A stretch of 64,000 nucleotides of DNA, from assembly GCA_902571865.1 (NCBI GenBank), contig CACGDO010000004.1, positions 20,260 through 84,259 on the forward strand, read 5' to 3'. The number at the start of each line of letters is the position of its first letter. Positions within the stretch are counted from its first letter, which is position 1. Source of the DNA: an uncultured Alphaproteobacteria bacterium (GTDB taxonomy: Bacteria; Pseudomonadota; Alphaproteobacteria; HIMB59; GCA-002718135). Below the pieces are notes generated by a model, which worked only from the letters and a program-made list of their open reading frames with translations, did no database searches and was not told the origin of the DNA. The position numbers and the translations under genes are program-made. Positions 41,101 to 48,830 of the stretch are shown piece after piece.

Positions 41101-43425
41101 TCAGGAATGATGGCAGATGGAAATAATAATTCAAAATCTAATAGTGGTGAAGTTATGCTCATTAAATTTAATGATAATGACTTTACTGGTGGAAGTTTGT
41201 ACGGAAAAGTTGGTTATGGTTATGGAAGTACAGGTGGTAGTTCACTGGATATTGATCTTGATGATGATGATAGGTTTGGTCAAGGAACAGCCTTAGATAG
41301 TGATGGTAATAGAATGGCCATAGTTGCTGCTAGAGTTGATGGTGCAGGTAATAATTCATCAGATTCTGGTGCTGTCTTTTTATTTACCTTTGATGATGAC
41401 TCAGCATTTCAAAATCCAACACATGTAGGAACAATTGGAAAAGGTTACACAGGAACTTATAGTTTAGACTTAGATGATTTAACTTCTGGTGATTATATTT
41501 GGAGAACTGCCTTAGATGGTGATGGGGATAGATTAGTTTTATCACAACTTGATGCAACATCAGGCGGGGTTGATAGTGGCTCAGTGTTCACAATAAAATT
41601 TGATGATACAAATTTTACTAATCCAACACACGTAGGAACAATTGGACATAGTTATAATTCATCTAGTTATGATTTATCAATTGGTACTCTTGGTTCAGGT
41701 GATAGTTTTACTGCATTATCTTTGACTGATGATGGATCACGTCTTGCAGTTGGAGCAATGAAAGATGATGGAGCAAATGGAGGTCATAGTAATGCTGGAG
41801 CAGTTTACTTAATCACATTTGATCAAACAACAAATAGTGATGGAAACCCATCAACTGATTTTAACAACCCAACTCATGTTGGAACAATAGGAATAGATTA
41901 TGCCCCTACAAATACTTTAACAAAGAGTTTGGACTTAGGTGATAACGGAATTGATATATTAAGCAATAATGATCAATTTGGAAACTCTCTTGGTTTAACA
42001 GCAGATGGTAAGATCTTAGCGGTAAGCTCAACTAAAGATGATGGATATAACACAACAAATGATACCAATGATGATTATGGAGCAGTACACTTGTTTACTT
42101 TTAGTGACTCAAATTTCACTGGTGCCACATATGCAGCTTCCATAGGGAATAATTACACTGGAGGTAAAAATTATGATACTTCACGAATATCTGGTTGGGG
42201 GGCGGCTCAAGTTGCTGTTGATGGTGATGGTAATAGAATAGCAATAGGGGATTTTGCTGAAGATGATATTTATTTATTTGGTTTTGAAGATACTTCTCTA
42301 ACTGGTGCAAGTTTACAATTTACTATTGGTTTTGGTAAAACAGGTACGAATGAACTTGATACTTCAACAGCAACTTTAGCAGATGATGACACATTTCCAA
42401 ATTATATTGCTCTAGATGATACTGGTACCTTAATGGTTGCAGGAAGTGCTAAAGGTGATGGTGCAAGCGATGCGGGTGATAATACTGGCGATATATCTTT
42501 ATGGTCAGATACAATTATCCGAGGTAATACGTCTTATACAGATTATGCAAGTGATGATATCGTAATTAATAAAACAGAATTAGAAGAATTTCTGAATAAC
42601 GGTGTTCATGTTACTCTTCAAGCTAATACTGACATCACTATTAGCTCTGCCATTACTGTCACTGGTACAGGTACTCTTAACCTTCATGCAGGAAGAGATG
42701 TAAACATTAATAGCAATATTAACACTGCATCTAATTTAGAAATTATTGCAAGTGATTCAAATGATAATAGTGTTTCTGATAGCGATAGAGATGCGGGAGC
42801 AGGTGATGTAGTAGCTAGTTCAGCAAGTTTGACGGCTGAAGATCTCAATATACAACTTTTAGATGGAGGCACATTAACAAATGCTAGCATGGGAAGTATT
42901 GATCTTTCAACTGTTACGGCTACAACTGGATCTTTAATGTCAGCTAACTTTACAGTGTCAGGTGCTTCGGCAAATGATAAAACATATGATGGAACTACAA
43001 CGGCCACTACAAGTGGTGGCACTATATCGGGTTTAAACTTAACAGGTTCAGATCTTTCTATTAGTTCTTCTGGCAGTTTTGCAGATGCAGATGTTGGTAA
43101 TGATAAAGATGTTACAATAAATTATGAATTATCTGGTTTTACATCAAGTCCAATTACAATAAATGAAAATTCTGGAGCATTAGAAGCAATACCAACAGCA
43201 AATATTTTAGCTGGGGCTTCGACCCCACCTCTTCCAGGTGTAGCACCAGATGAAGAAAAAGAAAAAATTGTAGTAAGGGAAAAAATCAATAAAGATGTTT
43301 TCGATGATGTATCTCGAATAATTTCTTTTATCTCGGTTGATGGTGCGTCTAACGCTGCTTTAATTCAAAATGAATTCATTACGTCTTTTCCTCAGGTAGA
43401 CGCAATTAGTATCCAAAGGTTATAA
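38110..43425 (+). CDS. Two-partner secretion exoprotein TpsA2 (TPS domain, beta-helix, 12 FG-GAP-like repeats, YDG domain)
   Basis: Own signal peptide then LPSG; same TPS motifs as tpsA1; ANDKTYDGTTTAT YDG motif; paralogous C-terminal tail. Confidence 0.88.
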   Translation: MKNAFIFLLSFLFLETQFVYATSLPSGENIISGDISISSSQNSMTIIQSSEQSIIEWTSFDIGAQNSLTFNQPSVNASALNRVVSGNPTTLAGALNANGKVFVVNENGVYFTPTSTINAHSFAASTLALSNDDFLNNRFLFKADNVNNIFSSIIHKGSITTLDGGFTALFGGAINNEGTINANLGKIGIGAGKEITLDLSGDKFLQVSVPFSEAITLLDQNAEELNTIINHAGTSTANRIDIDVGAAKNVVQRAVNIPGNLVATTASQKNGVITLGGAGDIVVAGNLTAKENGKINAEGNFLSFGGKVDVSGANAGTISFNSTGEISLGGTLNASSSTNAGGKIDIQSDYKIIQSHGSEINTSGHTKGGNILVSAPNIMSSGSMSSNGSQQGGFIDIESEGYIRLLSTDINVVGNTHGGLVRIGGEFQGNNNLTRTTQQQDVFIDRWGERRSLVNAKTILISDGSNINISSSNGDAGTAIIWSDQETTMLGNIDAKGLTGGAVEISSKDTLRHVGLSNVNISEGGQLLLDPKNITVGTGVTSQNWVHKGLIGKDYAVVSSTNVGEPKLTRGGNFGSDIAISDDSTLMAVGAREGGAQNNTKTGVVYLYQFDDGNFTNATLIGRIGKGYTGGKNVDNSYLQKNDKFGRSLSFNSTGTRLAVGATGDDAAQNGSESTGAVYLITFDDTSYSGGEIVGRIGGGYTGSKNVNLFRQGVTKKGVTVKSYDLFGSSVALDGDANVLAVGLRGDDGFKQYSNSYDISKAGGVFIIAFDDTDFSNGEVVSRIGNGYQNLSSNSNCAKTNKCAAIANDFDTNSHTDLTPKKDDELGSAVSFNHDGSLLAIGSTGDNGKNNNKNNSGSVRLFKFMNSGSIVSAATGTPTYIGSIGQDYDYLDTSDSSVHAVTLANGDRFGNSVAFDKDADRLAVSYWDQSVSGESKVRTGAVNLYTLTDNLASATYIGTIGNGYTGSKDLDLGSSLDSGDKFGEGIDLNETGNRLVMSGMMADGNNNSKSNSGEVMLIKFNDNDFTGGSLYGKVGYGYGSTGGSSLDIDLDDDDRFGQGTALDSDGNRMAIVAARVDGAGNNSSDSGAVFLFTFDDDSAFQNPTHVGTIGKGYTGTYSLDLDDLTSGDYIWRTALDGDGDRLVLSQLDATSGGVDSGSVFTIKFDDTNFTNPTHVGTIGHSYNSSSYDLSIGTLGSGDSFTALSLTDDGSRLAVGAMKDDGANGGHSNAGAVYLITFDQTTNSDGNPSTDFNNPTHVGTIGIDYAPTNTLTKSLDLGDNGIDILSNNDQFGNSLGLTADGKILAVSSTKDDGYNTTNDTNDDYGAVHLFTFSDSNFTGATYAASIGNNYTGGKNYDTSRISGWGAAQVAVDGDGNRIAIGDFAEDDIYLFGFEDTSLTGASLQFTIGFGKTGTNELDTSTATLADDDTFPNYIALDDTGTLMVAGSAKGDGASDAGDNTGDISLWSDTIIRGNTSYTDYASDDIVINKTELEEFLNNGVHVTLQANTDITISSAITVTGTGTLNLHAGRDVNINSNINTASNLEIIASDSNDNSVSDSDRDAGAGDVVASSASLTAEDLNIQLLDGGTLTNASMGSIDLSTVTATTGSLMSANFTVSGASANDKTYDGTTTATTSGGTISGLNLTGSDLSISSSGSFADADVGNDKDVTINYELSGFTSSPITINENSGALEAIPTANILAGASTPPLPGVAPDEEKEKIVVREKINKDVFDDVSRIISFISVDGASNAALIQNEFITSFPQVDAISIQRL
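39721..42510 (+). repeat. Twelve FG-GAP/propeller-blade-like protein repeats inside tpsA2 (approximate limits)
   Basis: Twelve units, consensus D-x-FG-x-S-x-AL-x-x-DG-x-RLAVGA-x-x-DDG...GAVYL-x-x-F-x-D-x-x-F...G-x-IG-x-x-Y. Confidence 0.75.
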
Positions 43426-45108
43426 ATGAGATATTTTTTATCTTTTATCTTTTTTATCTCTACTTCATTTATGACATATCCTGTTTTTACTAATACTGGT
43501 AATTATATTGTTTATGAAACAGGTTTAGTTATTCCACCTGGTGCAGAAAATATTTCATTTAATTTTGTTGGTATTGAAATTGAAAATGAAATTGAAGAAA
43601 TGATTGAGCTTCGTAAAAATTTATTTAAATCAAAAATTTTTAAAACAATAACATTAAAAGATTTTTATAATTTATTGATTGCTTTAGAACAACTGTATGT
43701 TTTAAATGGATATTTTTTAACGCGTTTTATTGTTCCACCTCAAACAATTGAACAAAATACTAAGGTAAAAGCCATTGTTTTCCCTGGTAAAATTGAAACA
43801 ATTGATTACTCACAACTAGATAAACGTATTTCTAAACCAATTAAAAAATATTTTAAAAAACTTGTTGGTATTAAAGGATTAGAATATCCCGTCATTGAAA
43901 AATCGATCATTAAATCACGAGAACTACCAGGTGTTGAATTAGAAACAACAATTAAGGCAGGAGAGGAGCCTGGAACTTCTTCATTGCAATTGAACGCTGA
44001 ACATAAATTAGTAAATGGTTATTTTACTTATTCAAATGGATTATCAGAAACAGCAGGAAAAGATCAGTTTACTTCGTATGTTAGTCTTAATAGTCCATTT
44101 GGTTATGGAGAAAATATTTATGCAGCATACGTCTTAGATCCTGAAAACAGTGTTAATGTTCCAATAGATGATACTGAAATAATTAAACGAACAGATTTTC
44201 GAGAAGCATATCTTGTTGGTGGTAAACTTCCAATTTTTGCCTCAGACTTTTCCGTTTTTGGTGCTGTTAATGAATCTTATTCAGAACCTAACGGACTAGA
44301 AAAAAAGGGGGAATTCAAACAAATCAACTTTGGTCTTGAATATCAAATAAAAAATACAAGGCTTATAAAAAATAATCTTTCATTAGATTGGCAATGGATT
44401 AAAGAAAGAGAATATTCAATACTACCTAACATCACAGAAGATAACTTTTACGATGAGTACAATGCTCTAGAGTTAAAATATACAACTACTAACTTATCTT
44501 TTTTAGATTCTTTCTCGCTTAAAGGCAGCTCAGCTTTAAAGTTTGGAACTCCTATCTATACAAATAAAACATCAGATACAAAAACATTATCCCGTGTTGG
44601 TTCCACTTTAAATTTTATAAAATGGAATAGTGATATTAATTTGAATAGGCAAATATTTAGAGACTATTTATTGAACACACGTTTTGTTTTTCAAAAACTT
44701 GTTAGCGATAGAGGTTTAATTAATTCAGAACAAATAAATATAACAGGACCAGGCCAAATGTCTGGTTATGAATCAGGTAATATGTCTGGTGATCAAGGCT
44801 TCTTTCTGCGAACAGAATTGAGCAGACCTTTTTATCCTTTTTTAGAAGGAGAAGAAGATAAAAGGGAAGAGTCTATACGTATTGAGCCGTATATCCATCT
44901 TGGTGTTGGTGCTACCTACTATAAACGACCAGCCTCAGGTGAGTTTAGTCGAACAGAAGTGGCAAGTGGAGGGTACGGTGTTAAATTTAAAATTCCTCTT
45001 AATTCTAATAGTCTAGATATTAATTTCGAAGTAGCAGAAGCGGATAAAAGTGTTGAGGGAACTACTTCCAGACCGGTGTATTTACTCAATGCCACATTTT
45101 CATTCTAA
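43426..45108 (+). CDS. TpsB outer-membrane transporter (ShlB/FhaC/HecB family)
   Basis: POTRA motifs (LY...GYFLTR..VPPQ, LPGV), N.G....G, LNSPFGYGE, degenerate VRGY loop (MSGYESG...GDQG), terminal aromatic FSF. Confidence 0.85.
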   Translation: MRYFLSFIFFISTSFMTYPVFTNTGNYIVYETGLVIPPGAENISFNFVGIEIENEIEEMIELRKNLFKSKIFKTITLKDFYNLLIALEQLYVLNGYFLTRFIVPPQTIEQNTKVKAIVFPGKIETIDYSQLDKRISKPIKKYFKKLVGIKGLEYPVIEKSIIKSRELPGVELETTIKAGEEPGTSSLQLNAEHKLVNGYFTYSNGLSETAGKDQFTSYVSLNSPFGYGENIYAAYVLDPENSVNVPIDDTEIIKRTDFREAYLVGGKLPIFASDFSVFGAVNESYSEPNGLEKKGEFKQINFGLEYQIKNTRLIKNNLSLDWQWIKEREYSILPNITEDNFYDEYNALELKYTTTNLSFLDSFSLKGSSALKFGTPIYTNKTSDTKTLSRVGSTLNFIKWNSDINLNRQIFRDYLLNTRFVFQKLVSDRGLINSEQINITGPGQMSGYESGNMSGDQGFFLRTELSRPFYPFLEGEEDKREESIRIEPYIHLGVGATYYKRPASGEFSRTEVASGGYGVKFKIPLNSNSLDINFEVAEADKSVEGTTSRPVYLLNATFSF

Positions 45109-45114
45109 AAATTT

Positions 45115-46434
45115 ATGATAAACACATCTCATATAATGAAAATTTTTACGATAATTATCCTCAAGATCATATTTTTTTACTCAACCTTTGTGAATGCAGA
45201 AGTAAAAATTGCAGCCCTTTACGCAGAAAGTGGTCCTGTTAGTGAAATTGCTGAAGCAATTGCAGAAGCAAAAAGAGTTGCTGTAGAAACAATTAATGCG
45301 GACGGTATTGGTATAGTAGGAAGAGGTCTTATATCAATTGATACTATTGATACAGGATGTGATCCTACAAAAACAGAAGATAGTTTAAATGCCTATTTAA
45401 AAAATAATGATCCAGAAATCCTTTTAGGACCAACGTGTTCAACAAGTGCTGTTAAAGTTATTGAACAGGCAACTATTCCAGACAATATTTTAACGATTTC
45501 TTCTTCTGCTAGTTACCCGTTACTTTCAACAATTGAAGATAATGATTTATTTTTTAGAACTATTCCTTCTGATATTCAACAATCAACATCCATTGCTAAT
45601 TATCTACTATCTAAAAACATAAGAGAAATAATTCTTCTCTACGGTGATGATAATTATAATTCTACACTGGCTCAAAATTTTTTAAAAGTTTTCACCGAAC
45701 AAGAAGGTATAGTGTTATTTAATACTTTGCTAACAGATAAAACACTGATCAATCAAAACTTCATTAATACATTTGTTGATATTGCTATAGACAATAATCA
45801 ACCTGGTTTAGTCATGTTTCTTCACGGAAATGAACGAACAGTTAATTTACTAGAACAATTTGTAAATACTGTTTTGACTAGATTACAAGAACTAGAAACT
45901 TCAGGTATTTTTAAACATCATTATGGTTCTGATAGTATGCTGACGAATGACGTTAAGGATTTAATCTATTCCTATATTCCTATTCAGTTAAATAAAAATA
46001 CAACTATTGTTGCCCAAGCAACTTCACAAAGTTCAGAAGAGTTTCAAACATACGCAAATATAATGTTGAACGCAGGTGTTGATCCAAATTCTCCTTATTC
46101 CGCTATTAGTTTTGATACAATGATGTTAGCAGCTTTGGCAATACAGCATCAGACACATAATAATATTTCTAAGAAAGACTTATCAAAAAGTTTAGTTAGT
46201 GTTGCTAACCCACCAGGAATTAAAATGGGACCTGGAAGTTGGGAAGCTGCTAGAGCTTTACTTCTCCGCGGTGTTGAAATTAATTATGAGGGTGTTTCTG
46301 GATCACTAGATTTTGATATTAACGGTGATGTGGAGGGCATGTATTCTTTAAACCAAGTCACGGAAGATAATCTTTGGTCAGTTGAGCGTTTAGAAAAACT
46401 TCACCCTTTTGAGCCTAGAATTATAATTGATTAA
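45115..46434 (+). CDS. Type 1 periplasmic (branched-chain amino acid-like) ABC substrate-binding protein, orphan
   Basis: Signal peptide, VKIAAL....GP, DTGCDP, GPTCS, FFRTIPSD..Q, INYEGVSG..DFD.NGDV. Confidence 0.8.
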   Translation: MINTSHIMKIFTIIILKIIFFYSTFVNAEVKIAALYAESGPVSEIAEAIAEAKRVAVETINADGIGIVGRGLISIDTIDTGCDPTKTEDSLNAYLKNNDPEILLGPTCSTSAVKVIEQATIPDNILTISSSASYPLLSTIEDNDLFFRTIPSDIQQSTSIANYLLSKNIREIILLYGDDNYNSTLAQNFLKVFTEQEGIVLFNTLLTDKTLINQNFINTFVDIAIDNNQPGLVMFLHGNERTVNLLEQFVNTVLTRLQELETSGIFKHHYGSDSMLTNDVKDLIYSYIPIQLNKNTTIVAQATSQSSEEFQTYANIMLNAGVDPNSPYSAISFDTMMLAALAIQHQTHNNISKKDLSKSLVSVANPPGIKMGPGSWEAARALLLRGVEINYEGVSGSLDFDINGDVEGMYSLNQVTEDNLWSVERLEKLHPFEPRIIID

Positions 46435-46442
46435 GAAATTAA

Positions 46443-46808
46443 TTATTTTTTAATTTTTTCCCATTCTGCCATTCCGCCAGTAATATTTTTAACGTTTTTA
46501 ATACCCATATCCTGCATTGTTTTAGTGGCTAAAGTTCCTTGTCCCCCGACACCACAAAATACAACATATTCTTTATCTGGGTTGTTTTTAAAAAATTCAT
46601 TTTCTAAAGGACTGCCCTCAGCTAAATAAAATTCAAGAAAAGCCTTGTCCAAATGCATTGCATTTCCAATAGTTTCTTTTTCAAAACTCTCTTTATCTCT
46701 AACATCAATAAATTGTACATTTGGATTATTAAGTTTTTCTTTTGCTTCTGATGCAGAAATATTTTCAATTTCATTTTTAATACTCATTAAGTCTTCAAAT
46801 TTTTTCAT
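46443..46808 (-). CDS. Rhodanese-like domain protein
   Basis: IDVRD, FCGVGGQG active loop, GGMAEW. Confidence 0.85.
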   Translation of the reverse strand: MKKFEDLMSIKNEIENISASEAKEKLNNPNVQFIDVRDKESFEKETIGNAMHLDKAFLEFYLAEGSPLENEFFKNNPDKEYVVFCGVGGQGTLATKTMQDMGIKNVKNITGGMAEWEKIKK

Positions 46809-46892
46809 AATAGTCCTTTATTTAAAAAGCAGTTTTATTTTGAACATTAATAAAATTAGCAGAAAACTTAATAGTTTAAAATGAAAATTTTT

Positions 46893-47963
46893 TTAATTCA
46901 GTTTATCTTTACGGTAATTAGATCGTATTTCGTCAAGAAGGATTGATTTTGACTTATCTTTTACATGCCAAAAATCCCAGCCATTACAGCTTGGCAGTCC
47001 TTGTATTTTTGCTCCCATTTGATGAATAGAACCTGATAAATCTTTTATTTTAAGTGTTCCATCAATACTAACTGTTGCTTTAAAGCGTTCTTTTTTATCT
47101 GTTAATACAGCACCTGGCGGTATAATTCCTTGCTCGACTAATTCACCAAAAGGAACCTTCGGTAATTCCTTTCTGCTCTTTGCAATAGTGACAACATCTT
47201 CTTTCAATACTTTTGTATTCTTTAATCGTTCTTTTGAAAGTTTAACGTAATCTTTATCTTTTTCTATACCAATAAAGTTACGTTGTAATTTTTTTGCAAC
47301 AACAGCTGTTGTCCCACTTCCTGAAAATGGATCAAGAACAAGATCACCTTTGTTTGTCGATGCTAGAAGAATTCGGTAGAGGAGAGCTTCTGGTTTTTGC
47401 GTTGGGTGTGATCGTTGATTGTTATCTTTTCGTAATCGTTCTTTGCCCGAACAAATAGGAATATACCAGTCACTACGCATTTGTTTTCCTTCATTTAGTT
47501 CTTTGAGATTTTGATAGTTGAATGTGTATTTCGCTTCTCTTGATGTTGTGCACCATAAAAGTGTTTCATGGGCATTTGTAAAACGTGTACCACGAAAATT
47601 TGGCATAGGATTTGTTTTATGCCAAATGATATCATTTAAAATCCATAATCCTTCATCTTGAATTGTGGATCCTACACGTAAAATATTATGATAACTTCCA
47701 ATGACCCAAAGCGCTCCACCTTTTTTTAAAACACGTTTACATTCACTAAGCCATGCATTGGTAAATTGATCATATTCTTTATAGGTATTAAATTTATCCC
47801 AATCTTGTGTAACAGCTTCGACCGTTGTTTGATCAGGTCTGTATAATGTATCCTTTAGTTGAAGATTATAGGGTGGATCAGCAAAAACAAGATCAACCGA
47901 ATGATCTTTTAATTTTTTCATTTCCTTAATGGAATCTCCCAAAATAATTTGATTTTTCTTCAT
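46893..47963 (-). CDS. ccrM: Cell-cycle-regulated GANTC adenine methyltransferase CcrM
   Basis: [44 protein letters not shown]-terminal GSIH...CNGWDFWH. Confidence 0.95.
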   Translation of the reverse strand: MKKNQIILGDSIKEMKKLKDHSVDLVFADPPYNLQLKDTLYRPDQTTVEAVTQDWDKFNTYKEYDQFTNAWLSECKRVLKKGGALWVIGSYHNILRVGSTIQDEGLWILNDIIWHKTNPMPNFRGTRFTNAHETLLWCTTSREAKYTFNYQNLKELNEGKQMRSDWYIPICSGKERLRKDNNQRSHPTQKPEALLYRILLASTNKGDLVLDPFSGSGTTAVVAKKLQRNFIGIEKDKDYVKLSKERLKNTKVLKEDVVTIAKSRKELPKVPFGELVEQGIIPPGAVLTDKKERFKATVSIDGTLKIKDLSGSIHQMGAKIQGLPSCNGWDFWHVKDKSKSILLDEIRSNYRKDKLN

Positions 47964-47975
47964 AATTGATAAAAA

Positions 47976-48045
47976 GAATCTTTAAGCAGATATGGAATCA
48001 GGTCAATTGAGTTATCAACAGGGGGAATCTTTAGGTAGGGATAAC
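47976..48045 (-). promoter_or_regulatory. ccrM upstream region with three GAATC sites and two opposed DnaA-box-like 9-mers
   Basis: GAATC at 47976, 47995 and 48025; TTATCAACA 48012-48020; TAGGGATAA 48036-48044. Confidence 0.5.
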
Positions 48046-48067
48046 CTTAAAATTTGGCCAAAAACAT

Positions 48068-48091
48068 AAAAAAAGGGGTCCGAAGACCCCT
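48068..48091 (-). terminator. Rho-independent terminator
   Basis: Minus strand AGGGGUC-UUCG-GACCCCU followed by a U-tract (A run 48068-48074). Confidence 0.85.
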
Positions 48092-48127
48092 AAAATAGTT
48101 CATCAAATGGGAGGAATGATGAAACTT
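48068..48127 (-). ncRNA. Candidate ~60-nt trans-acting sRNA with an anti-Shine-Dalgarno loop (AbcR/cuckoo-like architecture)
   Basis: Minus strand AGUUUCAUCA-UUCCUCCCAUU-UGAUGAACU hairpin followed by the UUCG terminator; upstream LysR-type box. Confidence 0.6.
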
Positions 48128-48183
48128 AATATCTATTTAGTGTTTGTCGCATCTTTTTGAAGCATAATAAAATAATATTTGGT

Positions 48184-48198
48184 ATGCATTCTTTGCAT
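48184..48198. promoter_or_regulatory. LysR-type T-N11-A operator ATGC-N7-GCAT upstream of the candidate sRNA
   Basis: ATGCATTCTTTGCAT, about 55-70 nt upstream of the predicted 5' end. Confidence 0.45.
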
Positions 48199-48215
48199 GG
48201 ATAAAATTAGGTAAT

Positions 48216-48830
48216 TTATTTTTTTAATAACGATTTAATTGGTTCAAACGATTTTCGGTGAAATTGAGTTACACCGTGTTTGTGTATTGCATCAATATGT
48301 TTTTTCGTTCCATAACCTGCATTTTTTTTCCAATCATAAAATGTAAACTTACTATCAAGAATACTCATCAGTCGATCACGGTGAACTTTTGCAATAATAG
48401 ATGCACTTGCAATCGATAAAGATTTTTTATCACCACCTATAATAGATTTTTCATTTTGATAATTTAATGAAAAGTTTCCATCAATAATAAGATGTGGATT
48501 TTCAAAATTAAATTTATCTATTACTCTTTTCATAGATAATTTTGTTGCTTCCAAAATATTAATTTCATCTATTTCTTTGACACTCGCATACCCCAAGTAA
48601 TATTGAAGTTTTTTTTCTTTTTGTAATTTTTTAAAAAATAAAAATAATTTTTCTCTTTGTTTTGTAGTATGTTTTTTTGAATCAGTTATGGGTATTTCTG
48701 ATTCTAAATCATCATAATTAGAAAAATAACATCCACAACTCACCACTGGGCCTGCTAATGGACCTCTGCCAACTTCGTCTAAACCAATTACAGGTTCACC
48801 AATTGATTTCTCTATAGAAAAATCAGTCAC
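48216..48830 (-). CDS. rnhB: Ribonuclease HII
   Basis: GLDEVGRGPLAGPV, DSKK, IIDG, ASIIAKVHRD, GYGT..H, HRKSF. Confidence 0.95.
   Translation of the reverse strand: MTDFSIEKSIGEPVIGLDEVGRGPLAGPVVSCGCYFSNYDDLESEIPITDSKKHTTKQREKLFLFFKKLQKEKKLQYYLGYASVKEIDEINILEATKLSMKRVIDKFNFENPHLIIDGNFSLNYQNEKSIIGGDKKSLSIASASIIAKVHRDRLMSILDSKFTFYDWKKNAGYGTKKHIDAIHKHGVTQFHRKSFEPIKSLLKK

Noticed and set aside
36190-42120. Repeated D-x-N-F-[ST] strings in the TpsA blades match N-glycosylation sequons
   Set aside because: The Asn is replaced by Ser or Asp in several blades, suggesting a structural turn; no glycosyltransferase gene in the locus
34363-45108. Possible contact-dependent inhibition (CdiBAI) system, or one giant gene broken in two
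   Set aside because: No VENN/toxin C-terminus or immunity ORF; tpsA2 has its own signal peptide and TPS domain, so these are two genuine genes
46893-47963. Methyltransferase as part of a restriction-modification or defence system
   Set aside because: It is the orphan housekeeping CcrM in its conserved rnhB context, with no endonuclease nearby
47964-48215. Possible replication origin in the long ccrM-rnhB spacer
   Set aside because: Only two imperfect DnaA boxes and none of the usual oriC neighbours (hemE, dnaA, parAB); better explained by a promoter plus sRNA
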